64,000 nucleotides of DNA from Longimicrobiales bacterium (GTDB lineage Bacteria; Gemmatimonadota; Gemmatimonadetes; Longimicrobiales; Gaopeijiaceae): NCBI GenBank assembly GCA_965218295.1, contig CBDCKN010000017.1:70088-134087 (forward strand), read 5' to 3'. The notes beneath the pieces were generated by a model, which worked only from the letters and a program-made list of their open reading frames with translations, did not search any database and was not told where the DNA came from. Of the stretch, positions 17,175 through 24,550 are shown piece after piece (within the stretch, counting starts at the first letter, position 1; each line of letters opens with the position of its first letter). The position numbers and the translations under genes were made by a program.

Positions 17175-17204
17175 GGGAAACATCCGAAGTTTCCCAACCG
17201 TAAC
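17175..17204 (+). promoter_or_regulatory. candidate ECF-type promoter (GGGAAAC-N17-CGTAAC) upstream of the ECF sigma gene
   Basis: GAAAC at 17177..17181 and CGTAA at 17199..17203, with a 17-nt spacer, resemble the sigmaW/ECF consensus TGAAAC-N16-CGTA. The -35 element is also the left arm of a perfect 7-bp inverted repeat, GGGAAAC-N7-GTTTCCC (17175..17195). Confidence 0.4.
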
Positions 17205-17268
17205 ACGGCTGCGAACTCACGGGGCGCTGTCGCCTCACCGGACCCACTGCTTTTCGGAGCCTCATTAC

Positions 17269-17859
17269 TTGGATTTCCCGGCCCAGACCGACAAAGATCT
17301 AGCGGCCCTGGCGGCCGACGGACGGGAGGAGGCCTACGGCGAGCTGCTCAAGCGCTACGAACGGCCGATCTTCGCCCTAATCTATCGGATGGTCCGTGAC
17401 CGATCTCTGGCCGAGGATCTGGCCCAGGAGGCGTTCATCCGGGCGTTCAACGCCATCTCCTCATACGATCCGCGCTACAAGTTCAGCAGCTGGATCTTCA
17501 AGATCGCCAACAACCACACCATCGATCATCTGCGAAAGCGGAAGCTCGATACCGTCTCCATCCACGGCTCTCCACACGCCCGCACGGCGCGCGAGGAGGA
17601 GCAGACCAGCCTCGTTGTGGAGGCCACCGACGAGAACCCGCACGAATACGTGGAGCATCGCGAGCTCGGCCACCAGATCGAGCAGGCCATCGGGGAGCTC
17701 CGGCCGGAATATCGGACCGCCATCCTGCTCCGGCACGTGGAGGGGTACGCTTACGACGAAATTGCCGAAATCATGGAGCTACCGCTGGGTACCGTAAAGA
17801 CGTACTTACACCGCGCCCGCAGCGAGCTGAAGGTCCTCCTCGCACACCTCGCCTCATGA
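17269..17859 (+). CDS. ECF (sigma-70 group 4) RNA polymerase sigma factor
   Basis: Region 2: YERPIFALIYRMVRDRSLAEDLAQEAFIRAF...SWIFKIANNHTIDHLRKR. Region 4: AILLRHVEGYAYDEIAEIMELPLGTVKTYLHRAR. Proposed TTG start at 17269 with GGAG 9 nt upstream. The 421-aa ORF in the track (from 16594) is an antisense read-through of ubiE. Confidence 0.85.
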   Translation: MDFPAQTDKDLAALAADGREEAYGELLKRYERPIFALIYRMVRDRSLAEDLAQEAFIRAFNAISSYDPRYKFSSWIFKIANNHTIDHLRKRKLDTVSIHGSPHARTAREEEQTSLVVEATDENPHEYVEHRELGHQIEQAIGELRPEYRTAILLRHVEGYAYDEIAEIMELPLGTVKTYLHRARSELKVLLAHLAS

Positions 17860-17951
17860 GGGCTTTTTCATGAAACTTTCGGGAAGTGCCCCCCGTAGGA
17901 TCGATTAGGAAAACGACAGGAGTCGATGAAGTGGCAAAGAAGGACGTAGAC

Positions 17952-18905
17952 ATGCATCTGACCGCCGAGCGGGTTCAGGCGTTTCTGGACGGCGCTCTCC
18001 CGGAAGGGGAGAGGGTCCAGGTCGAGGAGCATGCTACGTTCTGTGCGCGCTGTCAGGCCGAGCTGGACGCCTGGCAGTTTCTATATTCCGAGTTGAGCGA
18101 GCTGCCGGAGCTGGAGCCCTCTGAAGGCTTTGCGCGCCGTGTGTTGGCCGAGCTGGACGTCTCGCCCGTACCGAACCTGGATGTATTGACGGGACCCGAG
18201 GCCTCGGAGGCCCGCAAGTTCGGGTGGCTGCGTCGTCGAACGGCGAGGCTGGCGGAGCACCTCACCCCCGAGCGCCTGCAAGACTACGTGGAAGGCATCC
18301 TTCCCCGGCCGCAGATGACCAGGGTCGAGGCCCATCTCGACGGATGTGGCGCCTGCAGCAGCGAGGCGGCCGCCTGGAGAGAGTTGGTCCAAGGGATCAA
18401 GACCCTGCCCGAGCTGGCTCCGTCCGCAGGGTTCGCGCGGCGGGTCATGGCGCAAGTCCGTATCGGGCGCCTGGTCCGTGAGCCAGTGGTCGTCTCGACC
18501 CACAGCCGCGCCCTGGCATGGGCCGGACGCCTGCTCCCACGTACCCAGAAGGCCTGGGCGGTCATCTCCGGTGTGGCGGTCACGCCGGCCACCGTCGTGG
18601 CCCTCCTGGTCTACGCCGTCTTCTCGAACCCAGCAGTCACACCCGCATACCTGGCGTCCTTCCTCTGGTGGAAGGTCAGCGGTGGAGTCTCCACCATCGC
18701 CGGTGTCCTGGCGGATACCCTGTTTGAAAGCGCCATCATTTTCCAAGCCTATTCAGCCCTGGAGGCCTTAGCAGGTGCGCCTGCGCTGGCGGCCATGGTC
18801 GCCGTGTCTCTCGCCGCGGCGACGAGCCTGTCTGGATGGGTCTTGTATCGGAACCTAGTCCCCACCCAGACGGTGGATGGTCAGTATGCCAGAGCATCGA
18901 TTTAG
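17952..18905 (+). CDS. membrane anti-sigma factor with two tandem zinc-finger (HxxxCxxC) anti-sigma domains
   Basis: HATFCARC and HLDGCGAC lie within two homologous ~65-aa repeats (LTAERVQAFLDG... and LTPERLQDYVEG...). C-terminal TM segments. Immediately downstream of the ECF sigma gene. Confidence 0.72.
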   Translation: MHLTAERVQAFLDGALPEGERVQVEEHATFCARCQAELDAWQFLYSELSELPELEPSEGFARRVLAELDVSPVPNLDVLTGPEASEARKFGWLRRRTARLAEHLTPERLQDYVEGILPRPQMTRVEAHLDGCGACSSEAAAWRELVQGIKTLPELAPSAGFARRVMAQVRIGRLVREPVVVSTHSRALAWAGRLLPRTQKAWAVISGVAVTPATVVALLVYAVFSNPAVTPAYLASFLWWKVSGGVSTIAGVLADTLFESAIIFQAYSALEALAGAPALAAMVAVSLAAATSLSGWVLYRNLVPTQTVDGQYARASI

Positions 18906-20568
18906 CCTCAGCCGGTCTCTCGTGCCGGTCCTTCTCCTCGCGTTCCTGCCCGTCGCGGTGACGGGACAGGTGCGTGAGGTCGTGTCCAACCAGCTCGCCA
19001 TCTCGCAGCGCGAGGCGGGCCTGGTCCTCGACTTCGTCGACGACGGCGTGCTGGAGATCTCGCTGCGCGACGGGGTGATCATGGTGGACGACGAGGTCGT
19101 GGGAAGCTTCGACCGGGGCGACGCCCTGGACACGGCTTGGCGACTGCTCCTCGGCGAGATCGTCAACCTCTCGGACGGGCCCCTGGGCCAGGCTCTGCAG
19201 GAATGGGCTCCGCCTTCGTCCCTCTCGGGAGATGCCATGGAGGCGGCCCGGCTCCTGGACGAGTCCCTGGAGCAGGCGTTGCGTCCGCTGGAGTCGAGTG
19301 TGCAGGCCGACCCGGAAGCGGAGATCGATCTCAACATTTCGGCGGACCTGGGACTCGGTCTCCGGGCGCTCCTCAGCCGCACGGAGATCCTGGGTGAGCT
19401 CGGACGGGCCCTCGAGGCCATCGATGTGCTGACCTCCGCCATCTACATCGGAGAAGATGTGGTGGTCGCCGAGGACGAGACCATCGAGGGGACCATCGTC
19501 GTCGTAGACGGCGATCTCACGGTGGACGGCACCATCGAGGATGACGTCGTCATCGTCGAGGGCTCCATCACGGTCAACGACGGAGGGGATGTCCACGGCG
19601 ACATCCGGCTGGTGGATTCGCGCTACTTCGGGGTCGACGAGTCGTCCCTCGGGGGACGGGTGATCCGCGTCGACTCCGACGACGCAGACAGCGGGTCGTC
19701 GGTGGACTTGGAGGATCTCGAGGACCGGATCCGAGACGAGATACGGAGCGAGCTCCGTAGCGAGTTCCGGAATAGCGGGAGGGGCTTCTCACCCTTCCGC
19801 GCCGTGGGACGGGGGATCGCCGCCGTCATGGGCGATCTGATCTCCTTCCTCATCGTCTCCCTCATCGCCCTGAGCGTGATCTACTTCGCCAAGGACAACC
19901 TCGAGGTGGTGGCGGACACCGCCCGGCGGAACCCCATGCGTGCAGGGCTGGTGGGGATAGCTGGTGCCTTCCTGGTCCTTCCGACCTGGCTGCTGGGCTG
20001 TGTGGCTCTGGTAGTCTCGATCGTGGGCATCATCGCCCTGCCCTTCTGGCTGATCCTCTTCCCCGTCGCGGTGGCTCTGGGGGCCGGGCTGGGGTACCTG
20101 GCCGTGGCCAGAAACATCGGTGAGTGGGTGGCCGCCAAGGACATAAACGGTCTGGAGTGGCTGCAGCCCACCAACACCTTCTATGCGGTGGTCACCGGCG
20201 TGGGCGCGATTCTGGCCTTCTCCGTGGCCGCCAACGTGCTGGACGTCGTGCCGTTCTTCGGCTTCTTCAGCGGGCTGCTGGCCGCCCTGGGATCCATGCT
20301 CGCCATTGCGGCATTGTTCGTCGGATTCGGTGCCGTGCTGCTGACACGAGGTGGTCGCCAGGCCGAGTTCTACGACGGTGGTGACCCTTTCGACGACGAG
20401 CCGGCCTGGGAGCAAGACGGGTTCTCTGACGATGTGATCGAGGCCGAAGAGGTCGACGAAGAGCCCGAGGCCGAGGTGGACAGTGAGGACCTGGCAGAGG
20501 CCACGGCCGACGTGGCCGATGAAGACTCAGACGAGGTGGGGGAGAACCGGGATGCGGACGATGAATAG
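18877..20568 (+). CDS. secreted/membrane protein with a bactofilin-like beta-helical repeat region, multiple TM helices and an acidic tail
   Basis: Signal-like LVPVLLLAFLPVAVTG. Repeat stretch EDETIEGTIVVVDGDLTVDGTIEDDVVIVEGSITVNDGGDVHGDIRLV. At least 4 TM helices. C-terminal D/E-rich ~70 aa. Alternative ATG at 18886. Confidence 0.6.
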   Translation: MVSMPEHRFSLSRSLVPVLLLAFLPVAVTGQVREVVSNQLAISQREAGLVLDFVDDGVLEISLRDGVIMVDDEVVGSFDRGDALDTAWRLLLGEIVNLSDGPLGQALQEWAPPSSLSGDAMEAARLLDESLEQALRPLESSVQADPEAEIDLNISADLGLGLRALLSRTEILGELGRALEAIDVLTSAIYIGEDVVVAEDETIEGTIVVVDGDLTVDGTIEDDVVIVEGSITVNDGGDVHGDIRLVDSRYFGVDESSLGGRVIRVDSDDADSGSSVDLEDLEDRIRDEIRSELRSEFRNSGRGFSPFRAVGRGIAAVMGDLISFLIVSLIALSVIYFAKDNLEVVADTARRNPMRAGLVGIAGAFLVLPTWLLGCVALVVSIVGIIALPFWLILFPVAVALGAGLGYLAVARNIGEWVAAKDINGLEWLQPTNTFYAVVTGVGAILAFSVAANVLDVVPFFGFFSGLLAALGSMLAIAALFVGFGAVLLTRGGRQAEFYDGGDPFDDEPAWEQDGFSDDVIEAEEVDEEPEAEVDSEDLAEATADVADEDSDEVGENRDADDE

Positions 20569-21406
20569 ACAAGTGACGAGACTTGCGCTGGCCTTGCTGC
20601 TGATCGGCGTCGGTGCAGAGCGTGCGCACGGCCAGGACTGGCGCACCGTGACCATGTCACGACAGATCGAGGACGGGCAGCCGGTGGCCGTGGAGGTGCG
20701 GTACGGAGCCGGCCAACTCAGCGTTGGTCCGGCCGAGACCGGCATCCTCTACCGGATGCAGCTCCGATACGATGAAAAGGTCTTCGAGCCGGTGGCCGAG
20801 CGTCGTGGCTCTACCCTCCGCCTCGGCACCGAGAGCATCGGACGGAGCTTCAGGATCGGTAGGAACCGAACGGGTGGCGAGATGGAGCTCGAGCTGGCTC
20901 GGGACATTGCCATGGACCTGAGCATGGATTTCGGAGCCGTGAAGGCGAACATCGATCTGGGCGGTCTGCGTCTCACGGGACTGGACATCGAGACCGGCGC
21001 CTCTCAGACACAACTGGTCGTGTCGGAGCCCAATCCGGAGATCATGGACGAGGCGAGCCTCGAGGTGGGAGCCGCCGAGTTTACGGCCCGTCAGCTGGGG
21101 AACCTGAACGCCAGCCGCCTCGAGGTCGACGCGGGCCTCGGTGACATCGATCTCGACTTCACCGGCGAGTGGCAGAGAGACGCACGAGTCTCCGTAGACA
21201 TGGGACTCGGCGCCCTGACTCTGCGTTTCCCGAAAGGACTCGGGGTGAGGCTCGTGAAAGACACCTTCCTGACGTCCCTGGATTCGGAGGGGCTCGTCAA
21301 GCGCGGCGATGCGTATTATTCGTTGGACTACGACGAGGCGGACTACCAGGTCACAGCGGATGTCGACGCCGCCTTCGGTAGCATCCGTGTCCTCTGGGTG
21401 CGCTGA
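20552..21406 (+). CDS. secreted protein with a toast-rack / LiaF-LiaG-like beta-repeat domain
   Basis: Signal peptide RLALALLLIGVGAERAHG. Repetitive segments (VKANIDLGGLRLTGLDIETGASQTQLVV, LEVGAAEFTARQLGNLNASRLEVDAGLGDIDLDF). GGGGGAG Shine-Dalgarno 8 nt upstream of the ATG at 20552. Confidence 0.6.
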   Translation: MRTMNRQVTRLALALLLIGVGAERAHGQDWRTVTMSRQIEDGQPVAVEVRYGAGQLSVGPAETGILYRMQLRYDEKVFEPVAERRGSTLRLGTESIGRSFRIGRNRTGGEMELELARDIAMDLSMDFGAVKANIDLGGLRLTGLDIETGASQTQLVVSEPNPEIMDEASLEVGAAEFTARQLGNLNASRLEVDAGLGDIDLDFTGEWQRDARVSVDMGLGALTLRFPKGLGVRLVKDTFLTSLDSEGLVKRGDAYYSLDYDEADYQVTADVDAAFGSIRVLWVR

Positions 21407-21421
21407 ATAGGAGATAGAGAG

Positions 21422-21655
21422 ATGATCGGTACACTGCTGACCTTCTTCGCCGTCGGACTGGTCACCCAGGTCGTCGCCGGGATCACGCTGTCGATCTTGG
21501 GGACGGTCCTGTCGCTGGGGCTCGGCCTCGCCGCCTTCCTGCTCTTCAAGGTGGCGCCCATCCTTCTAGTCGGGTGGGTGGTGCTCAAGATCATCGACAA
21601 GCGGAAGGGTGGCAGCCTGTCGGCCGCCGACCGTCGCTGGCTGGAAGGCGAATAA
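21422..21655 (+). CDS. small membrane protein (77 aa, 2 TM helices)
   Basis: Two hydrophobic helices followed by the basic/charged tail KIIDKRKGGSLSAADRRWLEGE. GGAGATAGAGAG upstream of the ATG. Confidence 0.55.
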   Translation: MIGTLLTFFAVGLVTQVVAGITLSILGTVLSLGLGLAAFLLFKVAPILLVGWVVLKIIDKRKGGSLSAADRRWLEGE

Positions 21656-21850
21656 GGAGCCTGTCGGAGTAATGGGGCGAGCCGCGTTAGGAGCGCCACG
21701 GGACCAGATCCTAGTGTTCCGTTGCCGAAGTTCGCGAGCCACCAAGAGGGTCGGGGCGCCGTGGGATCAAGGCGGGACGACGCGGCGTAGCGCAAGCGGG
21801 CACCGCGCGAAGCGTGGTCGCAAGGAGTCCCAACGCCGAGCCCACGGATG
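21656..21850 (+). repeat. single-arm copy of the local repeat family, starting 1 nt after the stop codon
   Basis: Head GGAGCCTGTCGGAGTAATGGGGCGAGCCGCGTTAGGAGCGCC aligns with the left arm of the 16105..16384 element (...GGAGTACAGCGGGTCGCGTTAGGAGCGCC). Shared downstream blocks GGCGGGACGACGCG and AAGGAGTCCCAACGCC. No credible ORF. Confidence 0.75.
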
Positions 21851-21892
21851 CACCGTGCCCTCGACTGGCCGAGACACTTTGGTTAGGGGACA

Positions 21893-23005
21893 CTAAGCTC
21901 GCACCGTCTCCCCCAGCGCCTCCAGCACGACTTCGGCGATCCCCCTGAGGGCCTGCCCTGCAGCCGAATCGGGAGCTGAAACCACCGTCGGGATGCCCTC
22001 GTCCCCGGCCGCCCGGACCATGGGGTCCAGGGGGACCCGGCCCAGGACGGGTAGATTCATCTCTTCGGCCAGGCGCTCGCCCCCCCCGCTCCCGAAGACG
22101 TCGATCTCCTCTCCACAGTGGGGGCATACGAGTCCAACCATGTTCTCGACGATCCCCAGAATTCGCGTGTTCACGCGCTCGAACATCTTTATGCCCCTTC
22201 GGACGTCACCGGTGGACACGTCCTGTGGCGTGCTCACCATCACCACACCGGCGATGTCGATGGTCTGGACCAGCGAGAGCTGAGCGTCACCGGTTCCCGG
22301 CGGCATGTCCACGACCATCACGTCCAAAGCCCCCCAGCTGACCTGCTCGAGGAACTGCTTGAGTATCCCGGAGACGAGGGGGCCCCGCATGATGGCTGGT
22401 TGTTCCTTCTCCAGCAGGAATCCGAGGCTCATGAGGCGCACACCGTGGGCCTCCAGAGGCTCGATCATCTCCTGACCCTTGCCTCCGGTCACCGGCGGAC
22501 GGCGGTCCTCACCGAACATGAGGGGGATGTTGGGCCCGTAGATATCCGCGTCCAGAAGTCCGACGGACCGTCCCGAGGCGGCCATGGCCGCCGCCAGGTT
22601 CGTGGCCACCATGGACTTGCCCACGCCACCCTTGCCCGAGCTCACCGCGATGACGTGGGACACCTCGGAGAGGATCCCGGGCTTGGGCGTCGGCGCGGGT
22701 ACCGACCCCGGCTGGAGGCCGCCAGAAGGTGGTCCTCCTCTTGGGGCCTGACCCGTGGTCTGAGGCAGTTGGACGTTGATCTTCACGCTACCGACGCTCT
22801 TCACAGCCTCCACCGCCCCCCTTGCCTCGCGAACAAGGTCCCCGGGATCGTCACCTTGGAGGACGAAGGAAAAGCGCACGTCGCCACCGTCGGCCACCTC
22901 CACAGACTGGACGTGTCCACTCTCAATGATGTCACGGCCGGTCGTGGGATGGCGTACGCCGGCCAAGGCCTGGAGCACGGTCTTCCGGAGGTTGTCGTCG
23001 CCCAT
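21893..23005 (-). CDS. apbC: Mrp/ApbC-type iron-sulfur cluster carrier ATPase
   Basis: N-terminal MIP18-like domain, deviant Walker A SGKGGVGKS, CPHC motif. ATG at 23005 has GGGAG 6 nt upstream. The longest ORF starts at the GTG at 23026. Confidence 0.92.
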   Translation of the reverse strand: MGDDNLRKTVLQALAGVRHPTTGRDIIESGHVQSVEVADGGDVRFSFVLQGDDPGDLVREARGAVEAVKSVGSVKINVQLPQTTGQAPRGGPPSGGLQPGSVPAPTPKPGILSEVSHVIAVSSGKGGVGKSMVATNLAAAMAASGRSVGLLDADIYGPNIPLMFGEDRRPPVTGGKGQEMIEPLEAHGVRLMSLGFLLEKEQPAIMRGPLVSGILKQFLEQVSWGALDVMVVDMPPGTGDAQLSLVQTIDIAGVVMVSTPQDVSTGDVRRGIKMFERVNTRILGIVENMVGLVCPHCGEEIDVFGSGGGERLAEEMNLPVLGRVPLDPMVRAAGDEGIPTVVSAPDSAAGQALRGIAEVVLEALGETVRA

Positions 23006-23064
23006 TTCCGCTCCCGAACGGTACACAGGGCATGCTCACTCATCGCCATGAGCCTCATGACCCC

Positions 23065-23099
23065 AAAAAAAGGGGCGCCCCCGGGGTCTCCGGGACGCC
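23065..23099 (-). terminator. intrinsic terminator candidate downstream of the NifU-like gene
   Basis: Minus-strand RNA reads GGCG-U-CCCGG-AGAC-CCGGG-GG-CGCC, then CC and seven U (A7 on the plus strand at 23065..23071). Confidence 0.6.
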
Positions 23100-23143
23100 G
23101 GCACGGGGTCTTGGCCAAGGCAGGCCCTGCCCGTTTCTTCGTT

Positions 23144-23380
23144 TTAGACTGCCTGGACCTCGGTCACACCCGGGACGCTGCCCTTGAGGCGACGCTCGAT
23201 CCCCTCTTTCAGGGTCATCAGGGAGATGGGACAGGCCTCGCAGGCCCCCAACAGACGCAACTCCACAACACCATCCACCTCGTCGAAGCCCAGGAACTCC
23301 AGATCCCCGCCATCCGCCCACAGTGCCGGACGGATCGACTCCAGGACTTCCTCGATTCTTGCTTCCGCCGTCTTCGGCAT
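23144..23380 (-). CDS. NifU C-terminal-domain-like Fe-S assembly protein (78 aa)
   Basis: IEEVLESIRPALWADGGDLEFLG...LLGACEACPISLMTLK (CxxC). The track ORF of 345 aa is an upstream read-through. ATG at 23380. Confidence 0.82.
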   Translation of the reverse strand: MPKTAEARIEEVLESIRPALWADGGDLEFLGFDEVDGVVELRLLGACEACPISLMTLKEGIERRLKGSVPGVTEVQAV

Positions 23381-23506
23381 GCGATTGCGTCCCGTGCCAC
23401 GCTGCCTCGAACCGAGAAAATCTACGAATATTTTATTGCATGAGTCAACATGACCGTTGTTATATTCCGTGAAGGTTCCGTTAAAGGGTCGAAAACGGAG
23501 ATTCGT

Positions 23507-23518
23507 AAACATATGTTT
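23507..23518. promoter_or_regulatory. perfect 12-bp palindrome AAACATATGTTT in the AT-rich divergent region between the NifU-like gene and the wzc-like gene
   Basis: Read directly from the sequence. It lies 55 nt upstream of the wzc-like ATG, inside the most AT-rich stretch of the window (23420..23520). Confidence 0.35.
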
Positions 23519-23572
23519 CCGTCGTCTGCCGGGTCCAGAGGCAGACCGCGGGGATAACTGCTGAGAGGCTGC

Positions 23573-24550
23573 ATGCACGAAGACACGACGTCCCTTGCCC
23601 CCTTCGAGTCTGAGCTGTCGGGTGCCTCGCCCCACATCTCGGACTACTGGCACGTCATCACCCGTCGCCTGTGGCTCGTGCTCCTCATTTTCGGAGTGAC
23701 GACCGCTTCGGCCATCTGGGCGGTATCCAAGCAGCGGACAATCTACGAGACGAGAGCCACCCTCCAGATCAACGATCCGCTCGAGGTGACCCGACAGCTT
23801 ACGGTCCCCAGGGGGGTGTCGCGAATGAGCATCTTCGTGGATCCCATCGAGTCGGAGATTCAGGTGCTGGCCTCGGCCCAGGTGGCCCGCAGCGTGGTGC
23901 ACCACGTGGGTATGCGGCTGCGTCCCGAGAATCCGAATCTCGTACGCTCCGATCTCTTCGTGGACGCCTGGATCGACCCGGAGGCGCCCGACGGTGTCCT
24001 TGATCTCGTCTACGACGTGGACGGCACCGAGGCGCAGATCTTCGACGGTACCGGGTACTTCGTCGCGGCCGGCCCCGTGGGCACGGAGCTCGACGGCGGT
24101 TGGCTTAGGCTGAGGACGCAGCTTCCACCCGGAGAAGCTCGCCGGTACCGCCTGGTGATCCATCCGGCATCGGGAGTCCAAGGTGAGGTTCAGGGACGAG
24201 TCGCGGCGGCAACCCTGGAATCGACGAACATCATCCAGGTGAGCTACCGGAGTCCCGATCCCATCCTGGCACCGAAGATCTTGAACGGGGCCACGGTCGC
24301 ACTACAGAGCTTCGGAGAGGCTCGAGTCCGGCAGCAGGCTGAGCGCGATCTGGCGTTCATCGAGCAGCGTCTCGACAGCGCCCTGTCTCAGCTCCAGAGC
24401 TCGTCCCGGGCGATTCGGCGCTTCAAGGAGAGCGCCTCGTTCACCACCCTGACCATCCAGGAGCAGCAGCTCCTGAATCGCTACCAGCGCACCGACGACC
24501 GAATGCAGGAGCGGTCGCCCAGCTGGACGCCCTCCACGGGATCACGGTGA
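23573..24550 (+). CDS. Wzc/GumC-type polysaccharide co-polymerase, N-terminal (Wzz-like) part; appears frameshifted from the next ORF
   Basis: SDYWHVITRRLWLVLLIFGVTTASAIWAV (TM1) followed by a periplasmic domain. The ORF ends at 24550, while the next frame already reads through as ...AVAQLDALHGITVSLE. Confidence 0.7.
   Translation: MHEDTTSLAPFESELSGASPHISDYWHVITRRLWLVLLIFGVTTASAIWAVSKQRTIYETRATLQINDPLEVTRQLTVPRGVSRMSIFVDPIESEIQVLASAQVARSVVHHVGMRLRPENPNLVRSDLFVDAWIDPEAPDGVLDLVYDVDGTEAQIFDGTGYFVAAGPVGTELDGGWLRLRTQLPPGEARRYRLVIHPASGVQGEVQGRVAAATLESTNIIQVSYRSPDPILAPKILNGATVALQSFGEARVRQQAERDLAFIEQRLDSALSQLQSSSRAIRRFKESASFTTLTIQEQQLLNRYQRTDDRMQERSPSWTPSTGSR

Noticed and set aside
16594-17268. A 225-codon N-terminal extension of the ECF sigma ORF (the track gives a 421-aa protein).
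   Set aside because: The extension is antisense to ubiE and has no sigma region 1-like sequence. A TTG at 17269 with a well-spaced GGAG yields a normal ~196-aa ECF sigma.
21656-21892. The possibility that the 237-nt convergent intergenic region encodes a known housekeeping RNA (tmRNA, RNase P RNA, SRP RNA or 6S).
   Set aside because: It lacks the diagnostic strings I know: GGAAAGUCCGGGC for RNase P, the tmRNA tRNA-like ends and tag ORF, and the SRP GGAA/AGCA tetraloop helix. It is instead homologous to other local repeats.
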